DNA of 64,000 nucleotides from Phallusia mammillata (taxonomy: Eukaryota): assembly GCA_965637545.1 (NCBI GenBank), contig OZ281501.1:3472001-3536000 (forward strand). Direction: 5' to 3'. Below are positions 1 through 12,560 of the stretch, in pieces. The notes below the pieces were generated by a model. That model was not told the origin of the DNA, made no database searches, and worked only from the letters and a program-made list of their open reading frames with translations. Made by a program: the position numbers and the translations under genes. How positions within the stretch are numbered: position 1 is the first letter of the stretch; every line of letters starts with the position of its first letter.

Positions 1-71
1 TTGTCATTAATTAACTATGTATAGTTATGTAATGGCACATATACTTCCATTTATCAACTGTTCGCTTAGAA

Positions 72-652
72 CAGTGGTTCTCAAACTTTTTTGACCGCGA
101 CCCAAATCTGAGTTTTATGAACATCTCATGACCCAAGCCTCAATTTCGAGGCCATGTTGTCGCCGCATAGGAGTCTGCCCATGTCAAAATGGCTGCAGGT
201 TTAACGAGTTCGATTCGACAATACTAAATTACACAACACACATTGTGGCTTTGCAGCACAATAATCATTGATAGAAGTGAATCCCAAATCTAAAAATGTT
301 TCCTTGTACGAATACTTACTCATCCTCAACCGCTAACTGTTACATCTCCGCGTTCAGTTTCGCATGATTAACTTGTCCTATTATTTGCCGTGCTATGACG
401 TAACAATCGCCATGTGCGTAACAGTAAAATTGGAAGGCTATTGTCAGTATGTTGCAATGATTAGTTCATTTTACTGTACAACGTGGTCAAGTGAGGGGAC
501 TTTACTACTACTACTACATTAAGTAAATTCGTTTGTCTTTACTTAATGCAGTAATAGTTCGTTTTGGAAGAATTGAACCACCATTACGCGACCCATTTTT
601 TGACCCTGCGCGACCCATGTTTGGGTCGCGACCCATACTTTGAGAACCACTG
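72..652. mobile_element. Non-autonomous hAT (Charlie-like) MITE, 581 bp, in an RGS3-like intron
   Basis: TIRs CAGTGGTTCTCAAA (72) and TTTGAGAACCACTG (652). Perfect 8-bp TSD GCTTAGAA at 64-71 and 653-660. No transposase ORF. Confidence 0.92.
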
Positions 653-696
653 GCTTAGAACTGTGTATATTTCAGAAGAGCAGACATTACATTTAC

Positions 697-3600
697 CTCT
701 CTTGGTGCCTCCTCTGCAATATATTTAGAGAAAATACGGAACGCAAGTTTGTCAAACTTCTTCGCTTCCTTGTATTCCTCAACATCGATCCAAAAGTCCA
801 AATTTTCGTCACTGAACTCCAAGGCAAGGAATTTGCGGAATGACGTCACTGATTCTGAAAGGTCAAATCAAGGTTAAGTGCGATGTCAATTTCTTGAGGA
901 GAAAGTTGCCAAATGTAATATTTTAATAAACTGAAGAGTGCAATAAACAAAGATAGCTGATTTACCTTTCGATTTGAGAACTTTGAGAAGGGATGTTTCC
1001 AACGTAACAGGTTTTTCAGTCACTGTTTTTGTGCTGGACTTTTTTCGGCTTTCGACCGTCGATTTTTTGGAAAGAAGGGATCGCCACATTGCCCTAGAAA
1101 AAGAAATTCAAAGTTAAATAACCAATCTAAAACTATAATTTTATTTTTGCTTTTGAAACCTAAACTTACCGCCGGGGCTTGGTGCTAAAAAAGTCAGTGG
1201 CATCAACAAACTCAGTAGATGACGTGTGTAATTCGTCATAGATGACGTCATTGTTTCTGAAGTCATTAAACTTGAGACCTTTCCTCGGGGTTGTCGGGTC
1301 GCCGATGGAATGACGTCCAGCCTTTCGTCGTCTTGTCATCGGTGTCGCCAGAGCGTCGGCGTCAAACTTCTTGCGTTTGGAGAGGCGAAACGCGCCCAGG
1401 CGTGAGAGTCGAGATTTTTGTTGATTTGCGAAGTACACGTCTGACGTGCATAAGCTGATCGTCGAACCGTGACCGTCACGTGATTTGAATATCTCGCCTA
1501 GCTGCTTCATGGCGTTTTTCTTGTTTGCACATTTTGAGTCAGAATCGATGATGTTCTCCTATTAAAAAACAACATGACGTCATTAAATCATACACATGAC
1601 GTCACCATTATTTACGTCATAAACTTGCCGATATTGCATTATTTACACAGAACGGCTGAGGATTTAATACCTTTTTCTCGATTTTGCTTTTTAGCGGATC
1701 AAGGAGAATATTAAGGAGAGACGGTTTCGGCTTTTTGATTGGCTGAGCGTTGCACGTGATCTCGTCGAGAGCCTTGAAGTCCTCGTCGTCAATGATGTGA
1801 AAACTGGGTGAAAGGGTGAAGTCGTCCCAACAGTTAGGGGTCACTTGGGGTGACGTTGAGTGCAGGACGGATGGTGGTGGGGTCGATAAGCTCAACATAG
1901 CGTGGGGTTGGATCACAGAATCACTTTGAAATTTTCGAATCGGAGTTTTTGGTGATTCGAATCTAACCAGGGATCTTTGACGTTCAACCTTGCGCGGTTT
2001 ACGGAATGATCTTCGTACCGATATACGGCGCTTCGTTGATTTTCGACTCAAAGGTGTTAATGCAGATTTATGCAAATCTGTTGACAAAAAATTGTTTGTT
2101 ATTTTTTGTGCAAAACTTGGTAAAACACAAACTACACGTTTTTGCACCGTTATTGCATAAAAAAACTAATTTTCTGTCATTTTTTTAAAATCGTGACATA
2201 GAATTAGAAATGACATCTTTTCTGAAAAATACACAGCAAAGTTTTTTCTGACAAATACACAGTTATAACAGCAAACTGCCTCAAAGTTTTGTTATTTATG
2301 TTAGAATAGTTGAACAACAACTAGTCCAATACGTCTACACTACATTCACGCTAAAGTCAAGTAAGTGTGATTTCCAAGCCCCCGCTGCTTATATACATCT
2401 TATCAGGCAAACTGACTTCCCATAATCAAACGATAGCGCTATGTGGCGACGTTGCAAAGCAAACGGCGGCAAGTGTTTATGAGCCCCAAGTTAGAAACAC
2501 TTTTGGTTATCAGGCCGGTGTCCTTATCTGCCGCCTAACTGAATGCTTGGCGGCTGAGAGCCAATATTCAAGTTATGTGCTATTAATATTGCCGACCGCG
2601 TATTGCGAAACAATGGGAGTTTATATGTGCATTGTTGTGTAGCGATATTGTTGCGGCCAAAGCCACGGTAATTGGCGACAAAAGGGTTAAATAAATGGCG
2701 AGCTATTGTTTAAAAATTTAACTAGGCAACTATAGACTGAATACATTTGCATGTTAACTACATTGACTCCATGGATAAATAACGGCAAAGCACAAGCGTT
2801 AGTGAGAAAATGTATTAAGTTCATTAGGCTAACTCAGTGGTTCTCAAACTGTGCGTCGCGACGCCCTGGTGCGTCGTTTCAATTTTCCAAGGGCGTCGCA
2901 AAAAAGTTTTGTTTCGTGGCTTTTTGTTGTTGTATCAATAAACCCGACTTTAATAATAAGTTTCCTCATTAACTTTTATTTGCTGGTGCGTCGCAAGTCC
3001 AGAAAAACTTGTCCAGGGGCGTCGCAGCAAAAAACGTTTGAGAACCACTGGGCTAACTGAAACTCATTTACCTTCGAGAGATCTTAATGAGATTTGCAGC
3101 ATATCGTTTGGTGACTTCGAACATTGCAATCTTGAGCAATTGCCGTTTGTTGTTGGCATATCCTTGCCGGGCTTGGAAAATTGAAACTCCTCAGCTACAA
3201 TGTAACACAAAAATTGTTAACAACTATCAAAGGTAAATCTACAAAGACACCAAAACAAAATAGATATTTTAGATCAAACACACAAGATTTCTTATCGGCA
3301 ACGGAAATTAGAAGTCGACTCGGAAGAAATTTAGTGGCCGTGTTGAATTTGCTTTCCACTCGACAAGATAAATGAAGGTGTTGTTATCACATTTGCGAGT
3401 TTGTTTCAAGTTGCCACGCAACGAAACATACGATAACGGAAAATCTAATCAAAGGTTTACGTAGCAACGCCAACACAACTGTGTCTATATTACATATTTA
3501 AGCAAATTTGTTTAGTGGTCCTTAGGTAAAACTGAGTTGAAAGTTCGGAACAGGCTTTTGGAGTAGGCTTCGGTCTTTAGTTCAAAGGTGACTTGGGCCT

Positions 3601-6600
3601 AACTTTCCATTTGTATTATATGTTAACGTTTGTTAATACAACGTATAGGCCGAATTTAAGCCCAATTTTAGGCCAACCTACAAATCTAAAGAAACATGCT
3701 ACAAAATGTTTCTAACCATGTGACGTACCTTCTGATGACGACGCTGTGACGTGGTTTGTGTTCAAACGAGATCGTTTAGCTCTTCGCAGATAATTCCTTG
3801 ACTCTTGTACTATCACATAACCCCCGAGTTCACTACTCTTGCTGCAAGCTTGTCGGGTGAATCTGCAACTTCGGCGCCGAGATTTATCGACACAAACATT
3901 CCTTGACCCTTGTGGAGACACTTGGCAACGTTCAGGCATACCAGAACTCATAGCGTCACTTATGTTGTTGTTCTTATGGGTGATGGTTTTGAAATCTATA
4001 TATATATTGATGAGGTTAACAATTGTAAGACTTAGGAGTAGGTTTGTGGCTTATATACTGATCTTGGACTGGACCTTTTTTCGGAAAAGCAAATATGCGA
4101 TGTTTGTTAAAATCTCCTTTGTTACAATTAGCGTATTTAAAGTTCCTATTGTCGTAAAGCGAGCCGGAACAATAGGGGGATACTTCGATTGGTCATTGTT
4201 TGGTCACGCGACTGGACAATGGCCTTCCGATTAATTTGCGAACAGACCAATTGTCTCGCACAGCGGGCTGGCCAAGTCCATTGTCTGGCACGAGATGTTT
4301 ACCTGAAACTTCGCTGTAATGACGTAACAAAGGTTTGTGACGTGTTATGGAGCTTCTTGGACCGCGTGTCTTTGTGTGATCCTGAAAATTAGACAAATTA
4401 ACAAAGTTGTTGAGGAAGTTTTTATTGTTTTGCGACACAATGGCTAGGAATTAATAGCAGCTCCGTAAATGTTGCAAATAGCGTTCATTACTGTTCAAAC
4501 ATATTGCAAAGTTATTTGTTTGTATCCTAAAAACTAAAAATGACAACTTTATTTTACAAACCACAAAAACCTCAACCTAATGTTAAAACTTTTTTGTTAT
4601 ATTTTTGGTAAACAAACAAAAACTTTAAGGCAGTAAAAAAATAAAGTCAAGACTTGTTCAATTTTTGCAAGATATGCTTTTGAACAATAGTAACAACAAA
4701 CAACACCTCTTGTTTTGTTCGCAGACTTTGTGTCCGAGATATCACAGACGACTGTGGGGATATGACGTCACGGTCGGAAGTTAACACGTCTTCGCTCGGT
4801 GACGCTGAAAAGTTGAAATCGGTAAATTTTTAAATAAGTAAATGTGGAAATTTTTCACACTTTTAAAACTTGGAAAAACCAAAGTTTTACAGTTTACTAT
4901 ACTATACTATACTATACGTACCATACTATATTACGTTTTACGTCTAAAATTACAAGTGGAGTTTAAAGCAAGTGTAACAAGATTTGTCACAAAAATATAT
5001 ATGTATATTACACATTTTCGAAATGCGAGGCACGTTTTTAGAAAAACAAATGTTATTCACTTTGAGTTAATATTTGTTTCAACGCGCTACACTTTATTTT
5101 TAGTAACACGACATTTTTGTTTTACGCATTACATACCGAAATCTTTCTTCAGCATTAGATGTTTTCTTTTTCCAAGGGACTTTCCCAACAAGCAGTACCA
5201 TCCTTCAGTGGACTAAACACAGAAAACATAATTCAGAACCTTCTTTTTTTAGAATAATAACCTGTTTTTTGCACATTGAAATTTTACAATGATTTGAGGT
5301 AAGACTTTGAACCTTCATAGGTTGTGTTATTGTTCTCATTTAAACCAAGTTGATTACCTGTTGTTTTGAAAGTAACTTGCTTACGCCGAAACTCATCCAA
5401 CCAAGTTTGTCGGGAAATAATGGTTCGTCGTGTTTAAGACAAACACAGAACAATAATCGATGTCCGTCAGATCTTTCTGGTGTGTCACTGTATAAAAAAG
5501 GACTTTTTCAAATGTGCACAAGGCGGACCAAATAGAAATAATTTTGTCATGTCAAGTTAAATAAATAGACTAAAAAGTTTCCTCATCAATGACTGCGATT
5601 TCTAAGTCGATTCAGACATTTTTGAATCGGGTTGAGGCTTCATTAAAAAAACGGACTTCACGCTGAGCCACAGTAGTGTCATAATTTTACTTTGGTTAAT
5701 CTAAGTTTTATGCTTAATTTTTATTTAAAGAATAACTTAATAGTTTGGGCCGAGTTTGGGAAATACAATTTCGCTAACAATTTAGCATGATAGTTGCTTT
5801 TAATAAATGTATATAGTTTACTACAGTTTTAGAAAATAAGCATTGCAGAAAATATTGCAAATAATTTGAAAAGCTGGTTAAGGTAGCATACGAAATAATG
5901 ACATCACTTACAAATGCAATGTTTCATCGAACGTAATCACAGATGACGTCACAGGAACAGGGTTGGTCTGAAAACGAGTTTTTCCCCCGGCAAAAGTTTC
6001 CATGGTTACCTGGCCAAATAAATAAGGAAATCATTTTTTTTTCAGATTCAACTAACTTAATACAAAAAAATTATATCACAAAATTTAACGTTTAGATGAA
6101 AAACGTTAGAAAAAATAAAACGTTTAGAATTATAAAAATCATAATATACAGTATTTTCGACAAAATTTACAGTTTAGATTATAAAACTGTAATTTCCAAA
6201 TTACATTGCCAAAATTAAACGTTCAATATAATGCACCATACGTATTTCAAATAACCTTTAGAAGAAATAAAACTTTAGTTACCTTCACAATGACAGACGA
6301 AAGAGCGAGGAATTGTGGATGCAATCCGCCCAGTTTCGAAACTGTAACCGATATTTGTCTTTCATCACTTGAAATGATGACGTGAATGACACCTACATCA
6401 TAAATATAATCTTTTTAACATCTATTCTTAACGACCGTTTTATAAGTAACATATTTCTCACAAACCTGTCATTCTCACTGCCAAGCCAATAAGTCAGTTA
6501 TATATATTCTGTATGTGTTGAAGACAAACGCAGTTTTCCTAACCAAGAAGATCGCATTTCAACTTCAATTTAAGTTATACTTTTTACAAGCGTTATCGCA

Positions 6601-8573
6601 TCTTCAACATTAACAATGTGAGGCAAAGAAACTTTTTTAACTTGGTTAAAAAAGTTGACCAGTTCCGTGATCGAAAAAAGATTTCCCTAAGTTGTATGTT
6701 ACATGTAAATGACGTCATACAGTGCTTTGTGACGCGACAGGCGTTGGACTGATTAAAAATCTGTTGTATTGTTATTTGGCCCTGCGAGACTATGAAGCAA
6801 CATGTGCTTATGTCGTAACAATGACACCGCTTGATAGCTGTTCCTAATCCGCCCGTACCTTGCAGAGAAATTGTGGCTGGAAATATTGTAATTGTTTGCA
6901 GCTGTGCATTGATTTAGTATTAATGGAATTAAGTCTTACAACAGTTGCATAAACGGCCAATGCGGATTAACCGAAGCGGTTTACTCAAAAGTCGAATAAA
7001 ATCGCACCAAAAGCTGTTTGTTTGTATACATTGCATCAATTTAACAAAAGTCTTAGAATTTAGACTTTGGTACATTCTTTTGCTTACAGTATATGTAGTA
7101 TATACATACTATACTGTTCTATTGTTTAAGACACCTGAAAAATCTACATAATTTTGAATAGTCTTTTTCAAATTGACAAGGAATTTGTTTTGCGCCTAGT
7201 GCTTGTATAATGGCGTGTGTTTCACACAAGAATATAGGTCTTTGGTGTGAAAAAATATTTTTGAAAACAATTGATCGTAAAAGACGTTTGTGACCAAATA
7301 TGCTTTGCACCAAATTAGCTAATTCGTAGAATTATAAACATAAGTGTAGTCCAGTTAAAACAAAAATGGAAAATCTCTTTGATTTGGCTGCACACTCCTG
7401 GTATATAACATGTCCCTGCAGTAGGCCACCAAAGCATTTAGGTGAGCCCCATGGCTATTGAAACATGTACTGATTTATAACGATAAAAGCTTAACATGTC
7501 CCTGCAGTAGGCCACCAAAGCATTTAGGTGAGCCCCATGGCTATTGAAACATGTACTGATTTATAACGATAAAAGCTGTGTTGTGTTTTCTACAATGGGA
7601 AAACGCGGTTTTCATTCTACAGTTGTAAAGCTTTTTCATATTTGTTGCATTTGGTGTTAAAAAACAATTTTATGAAATATTTTACCCACAGATCCAAATA
7701 ATTCGGTAACCAGTAGTTTTAGATGCAAAGCGAATTTAATTCTAAAACTTGCATATTTATTTTATGAAACGTGGTTTCACCTCGGCTTCGCCCATGTGTT
7801 ACATGAGAAACATATTGATGCTCAATCTGTCTTTGTTTTGGGAACAAACTTCCTCTCGAAGTCCGTTGACTGTAAGTTCTGCAATAAAACGCATCCAAAA
7901 TCAATAAAACAACATAATACAAACTATAAGGGAGTTTAAACTACAGTTGTTATCAAAGTTTTCAGTTCGATTGGACCAGTTCGTACTAAAACAAGTAAAC
8001 GTTAGTATAAAAGAACTTTCATGAAAGATTTTGTGTCACAGTGCAGTTTGTGACGCCACAAAGAGTTTCGAGTATGGTCTCCTTTTCCATGACAAATTTA
8101 AAACTTTACAACAGACAAACGATTATAGCGGCTGTCCTCATAAACAAACAAAATTATTGGTTTTGTGTTACCTATATTGTCACATTCTGAGTTTAAGGCG
8201 AGCCTCTAGGTTTGTTAAATATGAAGTTAGTGCAAATGGTTGCAATAAACAGGCCTTAAATTTTGTGTTTGATGTACTAATGCATTACCCTAAGCAAAAA
8301 TGGCGGTTTCTAAATATGTTTTAAATTCGATACAGCTGACTTCGCAAAGCTGTGTTAAAAAAAACCCTAAGATAAAACTGTGTCTATTAAAAAAAACTAC
8401 ATTTTAGAATCGCTGCTAAATTAAATAATAACAAAATACATTATACAAGAAAAACAAATTAACCTCATCACTGACGCCGATTTCGGTGAATCTCCTTCCG
8501 ATGATGACGAAGTATATTCGTTCCAGCGTCTTGAAAACGATTCCAGAACGTCTTTGTTTGTGACGCACGACAT
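697..8573 (-). CDS. RGS3: RGS3-like regulator of G-protein signalling (C2 domain plus C-terminal RGS domain); the last RGS exon lies before the window start
   Basis: Phase-consistent exons: 8573-8464 (MSCVTNK..), 7878-7781, 6392-6283, 6009-5912, 5487-5358, 5212-5137, 4804-4707, 4381-4303, 3995-3729, 3194-3072, 2077-1671 (or -1629), 1558-1170, 1093-966, 854-697. C2 segment HRLLFCVC..LGWMSFGVSKLLSKQQSTEGWYCLLGKSLGKRKHL resembles human RGS3 C2 (RLLVTVW..IGCMSFGVKSLL..SGWYYLLGEHLGRTKHL). RGS box FRKFLALEFSDENLDFWIDVEEYK..IFSKYIAEEAPRE. The middle low-complexity exons are less certain. Confidence 0.8.
2835..3050. mobile_element. hAT-type MITE, 216 bp
   Basis: TIRs CAGTGGTTCTCAAAC and GTTTGAGAACCACTG. 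Perfect TSD GGCTAACT at 2827-2834 and 3051-3058. Confidence 0.92.
7406..7577. repeat. Perfect 86-bp x2 direct tandem duplication (intronic)
   Basis: 7406-7491 is identical to 7492-7577 (TAACATGTCCCTGCAGTAGG...GATAAAAGCT). Confidence 0.9.
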
Positions 8574-11500
8574 GTCGACTATTGCGTAATAACTAAACTG
8601 CGAATGCTACTGACAAGGTAATCAATACCTAAAGAGGAAATTCATGAATTAGTAACAAATAATTGGAACCGTTAATTACGCTGCAAACCTTCTGCTAGTG
8701 TTATTCATATTTAATGTTATGTAGAATTAGGGAAAAACTACTAGTTAATACTATATTTTAAAATATTGTTCCTTATTTTGTATTGCTGATCAATTTTTTT
8801 GTATTACCAGCCTGCTATATATTTGCTTTTTGTAACGTTTTAAATTTTAGATTTTGAAACGTTGGTTTACGAAGCAAAAGTTCTGATGAAAAAAAAACGT
8901 CTGCTATGTTTTTAACTGTTCTTAATTACATAAGTTAGTTTCTGACAAAGTAGTTATTAGTGTTGGTTTGTATGAAAACTCTTTATCTTTCATACTTCTT
9001 TATTTTAATACATCCACGATGCTATTTCAACTTTAATTATTAGACCACAACTTGTGTATGTCGGTAAAACTAATATAGCAATACAAAGTAAACATTTTCA
9101 AAAACTTGAGAACTACTTTTCTTGCATCACCACTAACACTATACCACTGTACAGCAGTAATATAAAGCTTTAAAACTAAAACAAACTTCGTTCCTAAAAC
9201 AACACACACAGCAATTAAAACACGTCGCAAAATGTAAGCCTCGCTGTTTCTCATATCACTTCAAAAGCGTTTTTCTTCGGCCCTTAGAGTAATCAGCGCA
9301 AGAAATGCAAGCAAGTTGAAAAACCATGCCGTGAAATTTAGAGTCAATCAAGCATCGTGTGTTTTTATTAGTGAGACGCTGCGTTTTTCGTGGCGTTCAT
9401 TCACGGGTTGTTTGCATTGCAACGCCGACTAATCCGGTTAATTTGAGATCGACAAACAATGAGTTTGTTGGCAAAGGCAAGCAGTGTGATCCTTGTTACG
9501 CCATTTAATCGTGTTTCGCTTAATTTTGTTCGATTGCGTCTTGATTCGTTAAGGTCAACCGGGTTGTCTCAGGAACTTCCCATCTGTCAAATGCAGTTTT
9601 ACATCATTTTTAAATCTGATTTTCGAGTTTTGTTATTTTTTGTACAACAATCAAATGCATTGAAATGCTGGAAAAAGCCAGATTTTGCTAATATTTTTTA
9701 AAGCGTGCTCATTTTTGATTTGTTTTCTGTAAAACGTTGGTATATATCTCATACTATTGTAAAGCAGTTTATGTACGGCACCGTAGCTTAAAAAAACCTT
9801 AAATGAAACATTAACATTCAGTGATAAAAATCATTTGTTAACTTACCAAATTTTAAAAGTTACCAAAATACTTTTAAACTTTTGCAAGTGTCGCACATTT
9901 CGTTTACAATAATGCTCTAGGTAATATTATTTATCCCGTATCTGACATATCTGACAACCCTAATATTTATCACAACTAATTTGCTTGTATATGTAAATAG
10001 CGATAAACACACGATAAAACAAAAACGCTTTAATGATGCAGTAATGGTTTGAGCATTGAGTGTGGCAAGACCTGATGTGTCAAAATCCTAAAAACACAGT
10101 TAAATACGAAGCATGCAAACGTTTATGATTAGATTGACTAGAAAAAGTTGAGTTGAGTTTATTTCGCTTGGTGAAAGAAAACATAGCGACACAATTGCAC
10201 TAAAACAACCACAAACCTGAAATAGCTGCACAACGTTAAAACGTTATGAAGCGCAAAACAGTGGAAGGCACAATTTGTGGATTATGTCTTAACTTGCTGC
10301 AGCTAAACAGTCCATTAATAAAACGTCTTTAAGATTTCAGCAAATGTCAATCAAGCAGCGGAAATACAGTGAAAGGTAATTACGTCCAATTAGTTTATAG
10401 TGGCTCCATAAAATCTCGCAATGACCCGGTCATCCCAAATCGCCAAGGACATCCTCTATCGCTTTGTTTCCCAACTTTTGTGATGTTGTCACCCGCTGCT
10501 TGCGTACCAGGAAATAATGACAAACTTTCCTTCCTTTGTCATAACTAAACAAACACTCTAGCTCAATGGCCAAGAAGGTTAACTAATAGGGTAAGTTATC
10601 GGCAAAATTAAGGGTAAGTTCATTGATAATAACTGCTAACTAAACAGGTTAAGTTATGGACAAAATTGCTATACACGTAGTGAAAGTTTTACATATGTTA
10701 ATTGCAGCATGTTTCACGTATATAAATATATGCAGAAATAAAAAGATTTTATTTACAACACGCTTCACACTTTTGTTAAAGAAGCGTATGGGTAAAAGTT
10801 TTCGCGTAAATGATTGCACTGTTTGTTACAGTCCAGTTCTGCGAAATTCTTATGCAATGTCCAGTTCTGCGAAACGGAAAAGTTTTGAACAGCCTGTTTA
10901 CTACTTACAATTCTGGCGCTTGTATGTCAACAATCTCATGTCACAATGCTGTTTGAGTGTTAATTACTTCCTAAAGTATTTTGTGCTGAACCACTGAGTC
11001 AGAGCTGTAAGTCGAGCCGATTCGGGCCAGATTTTTCGGATCTAAGTTTGAGCAAAATGAATTTGATTCGAACCTGACTTCACACTCGGTCCATTTGTGC
11101 CACAATTTTATCAACTTTTGGACATTTAATTGAGCCTTCAGGTTTTGGGCTTCTACTTTGAGGTTCCTATTTACAACTGTACATTGGCTATATCGTCACC
11201 TTAATAAAGAATCTGTTCGTCCAATTCGGCTCATACTGGGCTATACTTTTTGTAATACCAAATACACACTCAGTCAAATTTGTGCTATAATTTGGTTACT
11301 TTACGGGCGTAATTGGGGTTTTGTTTCACAAAAACTTCTTAGGGCCTGGTTTCAGACTTGTACGTCAGAGTTCTTTCTGCACTTATTGTCACCTCACCAA
11401 TCAAAAACCTATTTGTCAAATTCAGCATCTGGATTAGGGACTTTTTGCAATGCCAGACACAGTGTTGCTTGTTTACCAACAATGTTGCAGTAAGTAGGAA

Positions 11501-12400
11501 CCCAGGTTCGTAAGAAATGAATCAACCAACAGCCAGTGCCAATACGAAATAATTTAATGACCGATTTTTGTAAAAAAACAAAATCAATTCAAATGCCCAT
11601 AATCAGATCAGTACTAAGGATTAGTTAACGGTTGGACTGAAGATCTCACGTGAGAAAATCTTTCAACAAACAAGATGTGTTTGTTCAAGATATAGTAAAC
11701 GAACAAACTGTTTGGTACACAGGTAATTAGAGTCGTTATTCTTTGTGCAAATAACCTGTAGTGCTTCTTTGTTTATCAGAACAGTAAGAGTCAAAACAGA
11801 CCCCGAACAATTTCGCCTTTATTGTAAAAAATCCCAAAGTGCTGGGCAGAGTTTCGATCAGCATTTAAACCAAAATCATTAAACACCAAGGCCTTTTGAG
11901 TCTTGAATAAAACTTCGTCTTTATATTATAGTACATCTAAAAATCTTTAGAAAAGTCAAAGAAAAACTGACGGATGCAACAAACCTAAACAGTTTTTTTA
12001 ATGTTGGCAAAAATGGCAAACAGAAGATATTTTAAAACTCATATAGCAGAAAAACGTATACTTAACTTGCAATGTTATGTTTGCGTTTTTAAATGTGTTC
12101 TTTTCCAATGCTGGGAAAACACTGCAAGAATCCTTCGTCTTTCATTAGGAATCACTAAACACAACCAATTCTCCTATAGGTTTCTGCCGTGTGGCAATGT
12201 TGTTAAACATTATTGCTTAATAACGTCGTATGTCAACAGAATATGTGTCTTGTCTGATTATTGCGTTGAGCCCTTATAAAGGCTTGCATTGAGATACAAA
12301 AAAGTTTGTTTTGGAAATCTGTTTCAATATCACGTCATTTTTCATATTTTAATCTCGCAGTAGTTAGATAATCACAAACAAGTTTCTCGAACAAGATTAA

Positions 12401-12560
12401 GTGGTGTTTAGTGGTGTTTCGTGGTGTTTCGTGGTGTTTTGTGGTGTTTCGTGGTGTTTCGAGGTGTTTAGTGATATTAAGTGGCGTTTAGTGATGTTTC
12501 GTGGTATTTAGTGATGTTTTGTGGTGTTTAGTGGTGCTTGGTGGTGTTTAGTGGTGTTTC
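12401..12560. repeat. 10-bp minisatellite, (GTGGTGTTTN) x16
   Basis: Sixteen in-register, slightly degenerate GTGGTGTTT(A/C/T) units. Confidence 0.9.

Noticed and set aside
4726-4821. Apparent + strand exon (CAG ... GTAAAT) with one open frame
   Set aside because: The same bases form a phase-consistent - strand RGS3 exon (4804-4707), and no partner + strand exons were found.
12401-12560. Minisatellite or GGTTAGGG motifs as CRISPR or interstitial telomere
   Set aside because: There are no spacers or cas genes and the context is eukaryotic. GGTTAGGG occurs only as isolated motifs inside a dispersed repeat family.
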